A program made the position numbers and the translations under genes. A stretch of DNA of 64,000 bases from Eubacteriales bacterium (GTDB taxonomy: Bacteria; Bacillota; Clostridia; Oscillospirales; CAG-272), in the NCBI GenBank assembly GCA_045636465.1, contig JAZTXP010000044.1, positions 628 through 64,627 on the forward strand, in the 5' to 3' direction. Below, piece by piece: positions 44,047-54,264 of this stretch. The notes beneath the pieces were generated by a model. That model saw only the letters and a program-made list of their open reading frames with translations. It was not told the DNA's origin and ran no database searches. How positions within the stretch are numbered: the stretch's first letter is position 1; each line of letters begins with the position of its first letter.

Positions 44047-45564
44047 TTAATTTTCTTCGAAAAATTCCATAATTTCTTTATTACGTTTTTCTTTCTTTAT
44101 GTGTGCCTCTTCGCTTTCGTCGGTGGCATCTCTTAAATACTCATAAGGGTACTTGGGCTTGAAAAGCCTTTTGATTATGGTTTCGGTATCTTTATCCTTA
44201 TGGTGTTTATGCTTTACCAGCTTTGTCACCGCCCCTGCGCCAACTGCGAATATCGTTTGTATTTCTTCCATCATATATATGTTGTAAAGTCCTTCATGAC
44301 CTTCGACAGAAAAACCTACATTTTCAAGATTTCCTACGGTATTCTTTTGTCTGTACATATAATAAGGCTTATATCCTGCAAATTTAGTTTTCAACTGGGA
44401 ATAAGAAATGCTCTTCGCGGCATCACCACCGCTAAGCGAGTAAACATCCGAATTTTTTCTCAAAGCATCCGATGCTTTTTTTACACAGAAGGTGTGAACG
44501 GTAATATTGGTCGGGGCAAGATCTATTATAGAATCGATTGTCTCGGAAAAGTTCTTGAAATCATCCCCCGGAAGTCCGGCGATCAGATCCACGTTAATAT
44601 CTCGAATGCCACTTTTAAGCGCTAAATCATATGCTCTGTAAAAGTCTTCTGTAGTGTGACGTCTGCCAATATCCTTGAGAATGCTATCGTTAAGAGTCTG
44701 GGGATTTACGCTTATTCTGGTAATACCGTATTTTTTAGCTACGGCAAGTTTCTCCTCGGTAATAGTGTCGGGTCTGCCTGCTTCAAGGGTAAATTCCGCC
44801 AGTGAATCGGTGTCTATATGCTCACTAACAACCGAAAGCAAACGCTCCATCTGCTCCGGAGATAAGGTTGTGGGGGTGCCGCCGCCTATGTAGATGGTGC
44901 TGATGCTCATGTTTAATCTTTTTATGGTTTCGAAAGTTTCCCGAAGATCGATAATAAGAGCATCTAGATAATCACCTATCATCGATAAAAGTCTTGGCGT
45001 AGTATATGAAACAAAGCTGCAGTATGCGCATCTGGTCGGGCAAAACGGTATGGAAATATAAAGCGAGCAGCTATTTTGCGGTACTTTTTTTGTAATTTTT
45101 CTCTCTACATTGGCAACATTTACTGCAAGAGATGCCTTTTGAGGATTGAGCATATACTCATCTCTCAGTATCTTCTTGGTTTTCAAAACACCTCTGCCGG
45201 ATGATAAGAGAGCACCCGCTACCTTAGCAGGTCTAACACCGGTTAAAATACCCCACGGCGGAATATGGCCGAGAAGTTCCTTTCCTGCGGCAAATAAAGC
45301 TCTTCCTACTGCAAGGGATGCATGAGTTGCAATAGTAATTTCTTCTGAATACCATACCGTACTGGTGGACATGCATGAGCTATCGTTGAGCTTGATCTCA
45401 ACCTCAGCCCTGACCGATTCCGCAAGGGGCACTATATCTACCGTAACCTCGGGAACTCCGTCACCGGGAACTTCATTTTCTCCGAACGTAGATCCCGGAA
45501 AGAAAATCATGCAAAGGGTTTGCACATAATATCGGTTTATATCACCGTTGATTTTTAAGATCAT
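44047..45564 (-). CDS. hemZ: Radical-SAM coproporphyrinogen dehydrogenase HemZ-like protein
   Basis: CPTRCAYCSF radical-SAM cluster motif. About 500 aa with a HemN-like C-terminus. Confidence 0.7.
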   Translation of the reverse strand: MILKINGDINRYYVQTLCMIFFPGSTFGENEVPGDGVPEVTVDIVPLAESVRAEVEIKLNDSSCMSTSTVWYSEEITIATHASLAVGRALFAAGKELLGHIPPWGILTGVRPAKVAGALLSSGRGVLKTKKILRDEYMLNPQKASLAVNVANVERKITKKVPQNSCSLYISIPFCPTRCAYCSFVSYTTPRLLSMIGDYLDALIIDLRETFETIKRLNMSISTIYIGGGTPTTLSPEQMERLLSVVSEHIDTDSLAEFTLEAGRPDTITEEKLAVAKKYGITRISVNPQTLNDSILKDIGRRHTTEDFYRAYDLALKSGIRDINVDLIAGLPGDDFKNFSETIDSIIDLAPTNITVHTFCVKKASDALRKNSDVYSLSGGDAAKSISYSQLKTKFAGYKPYYMYRQKNTVGNLENVGFSVEGHEGLYNIYMMEEIQTIFAVGAGAVTKLVKHKHHKDKDTETIIKRLFKPKYPYEYLRDATDESEEAHIKKEKRNKEIMEFFEEN

Positions 45565-46031
45565 ATAGCACCTCTTTCCTTTTTCAAAAGAACATAGGAA
45601 TCCATCATAACGGTAACGGGGCCATCCGTTGACATAATAGTTTGCATATCAGCACCAAAAATTCCTGCCTCGCATTTTCCTATTCTTTTTGCAATTTCTT
45701 GATTAAAGAATCGGTATAATTCCTTTGCTCTTTCAGGCGTTTCGGCATTGAAATAATCAGGTCTGTTGCCATGGGCATAGTTAGCACAAAGCGTAAAATT
45801 GGAAACGGAAAGCACCTCTCCGCAAACGTCGGTAACTGAAAGATTCATCTTACCGTTCTCATCGCTGAATATTCGTAACTTTGATATTTTTTCGGCCAGT
45901 GAGGTGGCATCGCTTTCGGCATCGCCCTTTTCTACCCCAAGGAGAATATAAAGTCCTTTGTCAATCTTTCCCGACGGTATACCGTCAGCAATCACCTCTG
46001 CAGAATTTACACGTTGAATAACGGCAATCAT
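45561..46031 (-). CDS. dtd: D-aminoacyl-tRNA deacylase
   Basis: MIAVIQRV N-terminus and the SNFTL...G.RP motif. Confidence 0.85.
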   Translation of the reverse strand: MIAVIQRVNSAEVIADGIPSGKIDKGLYILLGVEKGDAESDATSLAEKISKLRIFSDENGKMNLSVTDVCGEVLSVSNFTLCANYAHGNRPDYFNAETPERAKELYRFFNQEIAKRIGKCEAGIFGADMQTIMSTDGPVTVMMDSYVLLKKERGAI

Positions 46032-46078
46032 AATTTTCCTCGCGTATATAATACTTAATGTAACTTGTTTGATAAAAA

Positions 46079-48286
46079 TTAATAAGAAAATCCTCTTGAA
46101 ACGGAGATTACCTTTGGGACTCCTCTCAGGCGTGAGACGATTGAGTCAAAATGGGATGTATTCTTGCACTGAATTACGATATTGATAGCCACGTCGCCGC
46201 TCTTGAGGGGAGACGTATTGATCTGTGAGATCGATACGCGCATATCAAGAAGAACGGCGGAGAGACCTGCGATAATGCCGATTCCATCCTCGGTAATGAC
46301 CTGGATTGCCGCTTCGTAAACGTCCTGACGGGATTCTTCCGCGGTCTTTTCCCATTCCGCTCTTACCCAACGGGCGAGATTTTCTTCATTTCTTCTGGAC
46401 TGTGCCACATTTGGACAATCCGACTGGTGGATGGAAACACCGAAGCCTCTGGTGATAAAACCAACAATTTTATCTCCGGGAAGCGGGTTACAGCATCTTG
46501 CAAATTTGACCTGACAACCGGGCTCTCCGTCGATAATAATACCGTTTGAGGATTTTGTTCTCTTATTTGTAGCAAGCTTGATCTTTGAGATCTCGTCCTC
46601 ATGTGTAGTTGGCTCGTCATTTGCGTGGAGCTTTTCTATTTCCTCTTTTATCTTGGGGATGAAGCGCTGCAGTGATACACCGCCAAAGCCTAAAGTATTA
46701 TAGAAGTCCTCGGCAGTGTTTACCCCTATCCGCTTTGCAATAGTTGTGATGATCTCGTTCATCTCGGCATCGGTACAATTTTTATTTATGCGCTTAAATT
46801 CACGCTCTACCTCCGCTTTACCGACCTGAATATTCTCCGGACGCTTTTCCTTTTTGAACCATTGTCTGATTTTACTTCTAGCCTGACCGGTTTTTACAAT
46901 TTTTAGCCAATCACGGCTGGGGCCCTTTGATGCCTGGGAAGTGATGATCTCGATAATATCACCATTTTTAGGCGTTTTATCAATTGGAACGATCACGCCG
47001 TTGATCTTCGCACCCATCATCTTGTTTCCTACCTCGGAATGGATGGCATAGGCAAAGTCAATTGTGGTAGAGCCCTGGGGAAGAGATATTACATCTCCCT
47101 TAGGCGTAAATACAAAGGTCTCATCGTGGAAAATATCGGTTTTGAATGAATGGATAAATTCATCGGGATCGCGAGTGCTTTCATCCGATTCCAAAAGCTG
47201 AGCTATCCACTTAAGCTTATCGTCAATATTTTTAGCGGCTCTCTCTCCGGATTTATATTTCCAGTGAGCAGCAATACCGAATTCAGCCTCCTCGTGCATC
47301 TCACGCGTTCTGATTTGCACCTCGAACGGGATACCGGAGTTTCCTATTACTGTGGTATGGAGAGAACGGTAAAGGTTGGGCTTGGGAGTAGAAATATAAT
47401 CCTTGAATCGGCCGGGAACCGATTTGAACATTTCGTGAACGTATGCAAGCGCGGTATAACATTCTACCTCGCTTTCAACGATTATTCTAACGGCATAAAA
47501 GTCATATATTTCATCGAAGGATTTATTAAAGGAATACATCTTTCTATAAAGGCTGTATACTGACTTTACGCGTCCCTCGAGCTTGAAATGAATGTTATGC
47601 TCCCTAAGCTTTTCGGAAAGCATTTTTTTTGCTTCCTCCATAAAGCCGCCGCTTTGACCGTACTTTCTTTCGATAGCCTCGTGAACTTCTTGATAACCGA
47701 CGTTGTCAAGATAATAGAGACTTATATTCTCAAGCTCCTGCTTGATCCTCTGGATACCAAGACGGTGTGCCAGAGGAGCATAAATATACATGGTTTCAAG
47801 AGCGATCGCTCTCTGGCGATCCTCCTTCTTTGCAGAAAGAGTTCTCATATTATGAAGTCTGTCACATAGCTTGATGAATATTACTCTGATATCACGGTTC
47901 ATGGCGAGAAGCATTTTTCTGATATTCTCAATATGGGCTTCCTCTTTATCTGCTACCTGAACCTGGATTATCTTCGTAAGTCCGTCAACAAGCATAGATA
48001 TATCGCTGCCGAACATTTTGGATATGGTCTCAAGGTTTGTCTTGTCGGAGCAATCCTCTACCGTATCGTGAAGTAGCGCAGCACATATCGAATCCGTATC
48101 AAGGCCAAGCTCTGATACGATCTTGGCAACCTGAACCGGATGGCTGATATAGGGCTCGCCGCTTAATCTGTACTGTCCCTCGTGAAGCTTGGCAGCGTAC
48201 AGATAAGCATTTTTTATTTTTTCTATGTCATAGTTTCTCTCGTTATTTTCAATAACGTCGAGAAGTGGTTGTAAATTCTTATACAT
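46079..48286 (-). CDS. relA: Bifunctional (p)ppGpp synthetase/hydrolase
   Basis: HD domain (HPVQVA...LLHDTVED), the synthetase motif YRSLHTTV, and TGS and ACT domains. Confidence 0.9.
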   Translation of the reverse strand: MYKNLQPLLDVIENNERNYDIEKIKNAYLYAAKLHEGQYRLSGEPYISHPVQVAKIVSELGLDTDSICAALLHDTVEDCSDKTNLETISKMFGSDISMLVDGLTKIIQVQVADKEEAHIENIRKMLLAMNRDIRVIFIKLCDRLHNMRTLSAKKEDRQRAIALETMYIYAPLAHRLGIQRIKQELENISLYYLDNVGYQEVHEAIERKYGQSGGFMEEAKKMLSEKLREHNIHFKLEGRVKSVYSLYRKMYSFNKSFDEIYDFYAVRIIVESEVECYTALAYVHEMFKSVPGRFKDYISTPKPNLYRSLHTTVIGNSGIPFEVQIRTREMHEEAEFGIAAHWKYKSGERAAKNIDDKLKWIAQLLESDESTRDPDEFIHSFKTDIFHDETFVFTPKGDVISLPQGSTTIDFAYAIHSEVGNKMMGAKINGVIVPIDKTPKNGDIIEIITSQASKGPSRDWLKIVKTGQARSKIRQWFKKEKRPENIQVGKAEVEREFKRINKNCTDAEMNEIITTIAKRIGVNTAEDFYNTLGFGGVSLQRFIPKIKEEIEKLHANDEPTTHEDEISKIKLATNKRTKSSNGIIIDGEPGCQVKFARCCNPLPGDKIVGFITRGFGVSIHQSDCPNVAQSRRNEENLARWVRAEWEKTAEESRQDVYEAAIQVITEDGIGIIAGLSAVLLDMRVSISQINTSPLKSGDVAINIVIQCKNTSHFDSIVSRLRGVPKVISVSRGFSY

Positions 48287-48302
48287 AACTTAAATTCCAA
48301 AA

Positions 48303-50495
48303 TTAATCTCTTGAAAGCTGCGAGCGCAATCTCCTGAGAAGATTTGATTTATCAAGATCGGTTTTGCTTGAAGTATAGTGAATGTTAAAGGTATATACCT
48401 CGTCCTCCGGTTCATCCAGAGTAACTAAATTCAGTTCTCTCATTACCATAATAATGAATTTGAGCTTTATATATCCAATCCTTTTGCTCGAATGCACATG
48501 GTTGATTCGGGAAAGAATGTCTCTGTGCGAGAGTCTGTTTACTCCCGATCTCAGGTTAGATAAAAGAAGCTTGTAAACTACAGCGAAGTCATCTCTGCTT
48601 GGAATTACATCCTCGTTTCTCAAAATCGGTGCACCGCCCTTTATCAGTTCAAATCTTTCGCGATCAGAAATAGCTTCGTTTTTCTGAGAAACAGAGGTTT
48701 TGATATCCCTTATGATGAGCTGTACACTTCTTCTTCCGCCCCATTCGTTTACATCAATGTTAAACAGAACATCCACCTTATCGCCAACGTAAATATCCAG
48801 CGAGTCGGGAGAATTTGAGAAGTACATTGCAGAAATAGTATGTTTGCCATCACCAAAAACAAGCTTCGTGTGCTTGGATTCGCTGATTCCGGTAAGTTCG
48901 TTTACATTAACACCCTTCATAGCAAATACAGGAATAGGGTTACCTACTCCGTACGGCTCAAGGATCTGCAGGCTCTCTGCCAGGGAAAGAGAAACGTCCG
49001 AGAAATTAATGACGGAATCAATTTCCATCGTGGGAATCATATCATCTTCTGAAAGATTCTTTCTGGCATATTCGTTGATCAGCTCTCTGAACTTGTCCAG
49101 CTCGCATCTTTTTACGGACAAGCCCGCCGCAAGCTCGTGGCCGCCGAATTTGACCAGATGGTCACTGCAATAGCAAAGGGCATCGACAAGGTTCATCCCC
49201 TTCACACTTCGGCCTGATCCCTTTCCCACGTTTTCTTCAAAGGGTACGTCAGGCTCGTTGCCTTCGAATGAAACTAAAATAGATGGGCGGCAGTACTTCT
49301 CTGTTATTCTGGAGGATACGATACCTATTACGCCGTGATGCCAATGATCGGCATCAAGAACGATAACGGGATTGGTTTCCACGTCATACTTCTCTATCAT
49401 GCCATATGCTTCCTGCATAATACTATTCTCTTCGTTCTGGCGCTCTTTATTCGTTCTGCAGAGTTCCTCGGCGATTCTCATTGCTTCTTCCTTATCTTCG
49501 GATAAGAAGAGCTCTACTGCCATAGAAGCGGTCTTAATTCGTCCTGCAGCATTTATTCTGGGGGCGATGGTGTAGCCAATATAGCCTGAGGTTATCTTGG
49601 TCTTTTTTCTTCTGCGATCGTTTCTCTGAGCATCGGTTTTCGCATAGGAGGCTTCAATTAACGCAGAAAGTCCGATGCGGTGGGTGTTCTCTATCATCTT
49701 CAAGCCGTAGCTTACAATGATGCGGTTTTCATTCTTGATAGGCATAACATCTGCTATTGTACCGATAGCAACAAAGTCTGCATATTCCGAGAATATCTTC
49801 ATGGCAACCTCGCTGCGCTTCACACGAGTGGTATATTCCTCGTACGCACAAACGAATTTGAATACAACGCCTACTCCTGCCAGCTCTTTGAACGGATATT
49901 CGCAATCAGGACGATGGGGATTAATAACCGCAACTGCATCCGGAAGCTCAGAGCGGCATTCGTGGTGGTCTGTCACAATGACGTCAATTCCAAGAGTTTT
50001 AGCATATTCTACCTCTTCATTAGCGGTAATTCCCGTATCAACGGTAATTATAAGTTTAGTTCCGCCATCACTTATGCTATCGATAGCAGCGCAAGAAACA
50101 CCGTAGCCTTCACCGGCGCGATTGGGAATATAGTAGTCTACATTTGCCCCTTTAGACTTAAGATAGAGATAAATTGTGCAAACGGAAGTTACACCGTCCA
50201 CGTCGTAGTCACCGTAAATGGTGATCTTCTCCTTGTTTTCAATGGCAGACATAACTCTTTTTATTCCGAGCTCCATATCCTTCATCAAAAACGGACTGGA
50301 AAGCATCTCGCTTTCCATATAGATGAATGATTTTGCGGACATAACATCGGTATACCCGCGGTTGTAAAGAAGTTTGGCAATAATCGGGTTTATACCAAGC
50401 TCATCGGCTATTTCTTTGACCTTGATCAAGCCTTCCTTGGTATCTTTTGATTTTAAGATCCAATTCTTCTCCTTTGTTTCTTTGAATTTTTTCAT
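48303..50495 (-). CDS. recJ: Single-stranded-DNA-specific exonuclease RecJ
   Basis: DHH motifs (YGDYDVDG, TVDTG, VTDHH) and the DHHA1 motif GGHELAAG. The start at internal M41 avoids overlap with the upstream gene. Confidence 0.9.
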   Translation of the reverse strand: MKKFKETKEKNWILKSKDTKEGLIKVKEIADELGINPIIAKLLYNRGYTDVMSAKSFIYMESEMLSSPFLMKDMELGIKRVMSAIENKEKITIYGDYDVDGVTSVCTIYLYLKSKGANVDYYIPNRAGEGYGVSCAAIDSISDGGTKLIITVDTGITANEEVEYAKTLGIDVIVTDHHECRSELPDAVAVINPHRPDCEYPFKELAGVGVVFKFVCAYEEYTTRVKRSEVAMKIFSEYADFVAIGTIADVMPIKNENRIIVSYGLKMIENTHRIGLSALIEASYAKTDAQRNDRRRKKTKITSGYIGYTIAPRINAAGRIKTASMAVELFLSEDKEEAMRIAEELCRTNKERQNEENSIMQEAYGMIEKYDVETNPVIVLDADHWHHGVIGIVSSRITEKYCRPSILVSFEGNEPDVPFEENVGKGSGRSVKGMNLVDALCYCSDHLVKFGGHELAAGLSVKRCELDKFRELINEYARKNLSEDDMIPTMEIDSVINFSDVSLSLAESLQILEPYGVGNPIPVFAMKGVNVNELTGISESKHTKLVFGDGKHTISAMYFSNSPDSLDIYVGDKVDVLFNIDVNEWGGRRSVQLIIRDIKTSVSQKNEAISDRERFELIKGGAPILRNEDVIPSRDDFAVVYKLLLSNLRSGVNRLSHRDILSRINHVHSSKRIGYIKLKFIIMVMRELNLVTLDEPEDEVYTFNIHYTSSKTDLDKSNLLRRLRSQLSRD

Positions 50496-50566
50496 TATAT
50501 AAACCGTTAGTGGGACAAAAGTCCCCCTTCCATAATAATATGCAAATTCGGGTCGCAGTCTGAATT

Positions 50567-52192
50567 TCACCTGCGAATAATAGGTTTGAACTCGGACATG
50601 AGTGCGATAGCACATTTGAGTCCATCAATGGCGGCACTTGTTATTCCGCCTGCATATCCTGCGCCTTCACCCGCCGGATAAAGATTTTCATATCCCAAGG
50701 CAAGCTTGGTTTCGTTATTTCGGAGTATTCTCACCGGAGCACTGGTTCTTGTTTCCGCGCCAGTCAAAATGGCCTCTTTTCGTGCAAATCCATTTATTTT
50801 TCTGTCGAATGCTACCAGAGCCGTTTTTATGGACTCGGTAACAAAATTAGGTAAATATTTATCGGGAGATGCCAGTGATACATTGTTCCCGTTCATATAT
50901 GTGGGAGTTATGGCTGTAGGTGAAGTTTTACATTCACCGTTAAGGAAATCGCCGACTGTAATAATTGGAGCTTTGTAATCTCCTCCTGCCGCAATGAAGG
51001 CGCGGCGCTCGATATTCCTTTGAAATTCTATAGCTTTTTCGGGAGAGGCTCCGTAGTCATCCTTGAAAACTGAACAAACCACGGCACAATTCGAATTCGG
51101 TCCGTCACGCTTACTGTAGCTCATACCGTTTACTACAGTTCCGTACTCTTCACTGGTAGCTGCAACCACCTCGCCGCCGGGGCACATACAAAATGTGTAA
51201 ACGCCGCGAACCTTGGTGTTGTGAGAAAGGTTGTATTCCGCGTGACCAAGCAAGGGGTGACCGGCAAAATCACCGTAAAGAGATTTATCTATGTCGCTTG
51301 CCAAATGCTCGATTCTCATTCCTACGGAAAAATCTTTGGGTTCTATAAACATATTTTTTCGCAAAAGCATCTGATAGGTGTCTCTTGCGCTATGGCCTAT
51401 TGCCAATATCATTGCTCCGGCTTCAATCCGACATTTATCGGTAATAACCGCCTTAACATGACCTCCATCACATTCGAAATCGGTCATTTTTGTGTTGTAC
51501 ATAACCTTTCCGCCCAGTTCGGTGATACGGTTAAGGATATTATCTACAACCTTTGCCAGAACGTCTGTGCCAACGTGAGGCTTTGCGATGTATTTTATTT
51601 CTTTCTGCGCTCCAAATTCGACTAGGCGATCGAGAACGTAGGATGAAAGCGGATCATTGGTTCTGGTTACAAGCTTGCCGTCGGAAAAAGTACCCGCCCC
51701 TCCGGCACCAAACTGAATATTAGTGTCTTTATCTAAGACGTGTGTCAAATTGAATTTATTTACAGCGGCAACCCGATCCTTGATACAAGAGCCGCGCTCA
51801 ATTAAAATTGGAGCATATCCCATTTCTGCCAGGATAAGTCCGGCATACATACCTGCCGGGCCGGATCCTACGATAATCGGGGGGGCTGACATTGGCATCG
51901 TGCCGATGCTGAACTCGTTTGATCGATCTGAGATCAAAATCGCTCCATATCTTGCAAGAACGGCAGCATCCGGCTTATTCACACCACATCTTATCGCAAT
52001 TGAGTAAACAAACTGTATGCTATTTTTGTTTCTGGCATCAATGCTGCGCTTGTAAACATACGGTTTATTCTCGCCGCAGCTCAGCCCTAAAGCTTTTAGC
52101 TTCTTCCTTGCAACCGAAAACGCCTCTTGTACAGAGGCGTCGAACGGTAATTTTATATTGTTAAAAACAATAATGGGATTTTGACTACTCAT
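50567..52192 (-). CDS. FAD-dependent oxidoreductase (COG2509-type)
   Basis: The dinucleotide-binding motif IIVGSGPAGMYAGLILAEMG sits after an N-terminal extension. Confidence 0.7.
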   Translation of the reverse strand: MSSQNPIIVFNNIKLPFDASVQEAFSVARKKLKALGLSCGENKPYVYKRSIDARNKNSIQFVYSIAIRCGVNKPDAAVLARYGAILISDRSNEFSIGTMPMSAPPIIVGSGPAGMYAGLILAEMGYAPILIERGSCIKDRVAAVNKFNLTHVLDKDTNIQFGAGGAGTFSDGKLVTRTNDPLSSYVLDRLVEFGAQKEIKYIAKPHVGTDVLAKVVDNILNRITELGGKVMYNTKMTDFECDGGHVKAVITDKCRIEAGAMILAIGHSARDTYQMLLRKNMFIEPKDFSVGMRIEHLASDIDKSLYGDFAGHPLLGHAEYNLSHNTKVRGVYTFCMCPGGEVVAATSEEYGTVVNGMSYSKRDGPNSNCAVVCSVFKDDYGASPEKAIEFQRNIERRAFIAAGGDYKAPIITVGDFLNGECKTSPTAITPTYMNGNNVSLASPDKYLPNFVTESIKTALVAFDRKINGFARKEAILTGAETRTSAPVRILRNNETKLALGYENLYPAGEGAGYAGGITSAAIDGLKCAIALMSEFKPIIRR

Positions 52193-52350
52193 ATAAGCCC
52201 CTCGGAGATCAACTCAAAAAGCATAGCTGCCGATTCTCCGCTGATCTTCAAATTATATTTGGCCAAAACCCAAACTGCGATTGCGGCAATCATGCATAAG
52301 ATCACCGTCACAACCGTACCGATTCTTATTCCAAAGTTTTTCTTATTCAT
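52189..52350 (-). CDS. Possible 53-aa single-TM protein (MNKKNFGIRIGTVVTVILCMIAAIAVWVLAKY...) in the position where cdaR usually sits
   Basis: Below the ORF-track cut-off. ATGA overlap with the downstream gene. It lies 18 nt after the cdaA stop. Confidence 0.35.
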   Translation of the reverse strand: MNKKNFGIRIGTVVTVILCMIAAIAVWVLAKYNLKISGESAAMLFELISEGLI

Positions 52351-52367
52351 ATTTGCTCCGATAAAAA

Positions 52368-53207
52368 TTATTCAATATCAGAATCCTGTAAAATATTAGT
52401 TACCAAGAATTTTCTCAAGGTATCCGGTGTATAATCACGTGTAAGAGAATAATCCATTGCCACAGAGATCGTTCCCGTCTCCTCGGAAACAACAATGATG
52501 ATAGCATCGCTGATCTCACTGAGTCCGATCGCAGCCTTATGCCTTGTTCCGAGATCGCCGTCAAATTCTTTACGGCGTGTCATGGGGAGAATACAGCCAG
52601 CAGATACTATTCTTCCCTCATCTATAACGATTGCGCCGTCGTGAAGAGGAGCTTTATTGTAGAAAAGATTCCTCAAAAGATAGGAATTTACATCCGCATT
52701 GATTTTTACACCTGTGCTTGTAACGTCGTCAAGCTGAGTTGTTCGTGCTATAACAATGAGCGCGCCGGTCTTAGTAGCCGAAAGCTCACGTACAGCCGAG
52801 CATACATTATCAACTATCTGGTAATTCAGCTTGCTTGTAGCCTCGGACTTAAAAAGCTTCAGCTTGGGATTTGATCCAATCTTTTCAAATAAGTCACGTA
52901 TTTCAGTGTGGAAAAGCACCACAAAAGAGAGTGTACCTATGCGGAGCATGGATGATGCAATCAACGATACACCGGGAAGCGGAAGGATTGAAGCAATAGC
53001 AAAGAAGAGATAAAACAACCCCATCCCCATCATTGCTGAGTTTATCATCTTTCTTCTTGCAAAGGTTACAAACAAAGAAAAAGCAACTGTAAGGAGAAGG
53101 ATATCTATAATATCGTATATCCCAAGCTCCATGTTTTTCAAAAAATCTATGAAATCTTTGATTCTATCAAATATATTGCCATAATTTGCGTATAACAGCT
53201 GTGACAT
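52368..53207 (-). CDS. cdaA: Diadenylate cyclase CdaA
   Basis: N-terminal TM helices and a DAC domain (GALIVI, PLHDGAIVI, GTRHKAAIGLSE, SEETGTISVA). GAGGT RBS before the ATG at 53207. Confidence 0.9.
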   Translation of the reverse strand: MSQLLYANYGNIFDRIKDFIDFLKNMELGIYDIIDILLLTVAFSLFVTFARRKMINSAMMGMGLFYLFFAIASILPLPGVSLIASSMLRIGTLSFVVLFHTEIRDLFEKIGSNPKLKLFKSEATSKLNYQIVDNVCSAVRELSATKTGALIVIARTTQLDDVTSTGVKINADVNSYLLRNLFYNKAPLHDGAIVIDEGRIVSAGCILPMTRRKEFDGDLGTRHKAAIGLSEISDAIIIVVSEETGTISVAMDYSLTRDYTPDTLRKFLVTNILQDSDIE

Positions 53208-53349
53208 ATTATACCTCACAAACAAAAAAGTAGCCTAAAACCATAAAAATATAATTTTACTTTTATAGTATAGCATAATTTTTTTAAAAATGCAATGGTT
53301 TTGCAATAGTTTTTTTGCGAAATTTGTTTGTATTTTTCCAAAAAAGGTC

Positions 53350-53378
53350 TTGAAAAGGTTGAAATTTTATGGTATCAT
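53350..53378 (+). promoter_or_regulatory. Candidate sigma-A promoter for the RpiR regulator (TTGAAA, 17 nt, TGgTATCAT)
   Basis: Read directly: -35 at 53350-53355 and an extended -10 at 53371-53378. Confidence 0.4.
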
Positions 53379-53410
53379 AAATTAGTATGCAATATTGGCG
53401 GAGGTATCAA

Positions 53411-54250
53411 ATGGCTATAGGCATTTCAGTAAGAATCCGTAACATTTATCATGATCTTTCTAAGGGGCATAAGCGAGTTGCCAATATCGTTTTGCGCGAG
53501 CCATCAAAGGCCAAAGAGTATTCCTCTTTAAGACTTGCAAATGCTGCAGGTGTATCAGAATCAACAGTGCTGAGATTCATAAAAAAAGTTGGTTTTGAGA
53601 GCTATGTTGAATTTAGGCAAGCAATTCTGAATGAAATACAAGCCAGGATGGATCCAAACGAAAAATTAGTTACCCCTGCGCCCGGTGTTATGCGAGTGGA
53701 TATCTTGAAGAAAACTCTTGCAATGGATATGAGTAATATAAAGTATACCATTGATCATCTCGACTCCCGCATATTTAGTGACGTGGTAGACTTATCCATC
53801 AGATCAAAAAGAAAATACATTGTTGCCTTTGGCAGTGATGCGTTGCCGGCCAAGTTGTTATATGATAATTTTGTTACGATCTTCGAAAACGTAACTCTGC
53901 TTACATCTTCGGACGATTATTTTGCTCATTTATTATCCCTTGTCAAGAATGATCAGGTGATTATTTTCTCTGTATCTGACAAATCTAAGAGCTTGCTGGG
54001 GCTGACAAAATACATAAAAAGCAAAAAGCCTGATATTGTTGTTATTGCAGGGCATGCTTCTTCCCCACTTGCGGAATATGCCGATTATCTTATGGTTGCA
54101 CGGTCAGAAACACCTTCGTTCATTGAATCATTTGCATCTGTGTCCGGCATAATCAATGCTCTTACCTTGGAAATTATAAGAAAAGATAGAATAAGGGTTA
54201 CGGCAAGATATAAACAAATTGAAAAATTACGTACCGATTTTGCAAAATAA
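53411..54250 (+). CDS. MurR/RpiR-family transcriptional regulator (HTH_6 + SIS)
   Basis: N-terminal HTH (LSKGHKRVANIVL...RLANAAGVSESTVLRFIKKVGF). C-terminal SIS-like region. GGAGGT RBS before the ATG at 53411. Confidence 0.8.
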   Translation: MAIGISVRIRNIYHDLSKGHKRVANIVLREPSKAKEYSSLRLANAAGVSESTVLRFIKKVGFESYVEFRQAILNEIQARMDPNEKLVTPAPGVMRVDILKKTLAMDMSNIKYTIDHLDSRIFSDVVDLSIRSKRKYIVAFGSDALPAKLLYDNFVTIFENVTLLTSSDDYFAHLLSLVKNDQVIIFSVSDKSKSLLGLTKYIKSKKPDIVVIAGHASSPLAEYADYLMVARSETPSFIESFASVSGIINALTLEIIRKDRIRVTARYKQIEKLRTDFAK

Positions 54251-54264
54251 AGTTTAAGGTCAAT

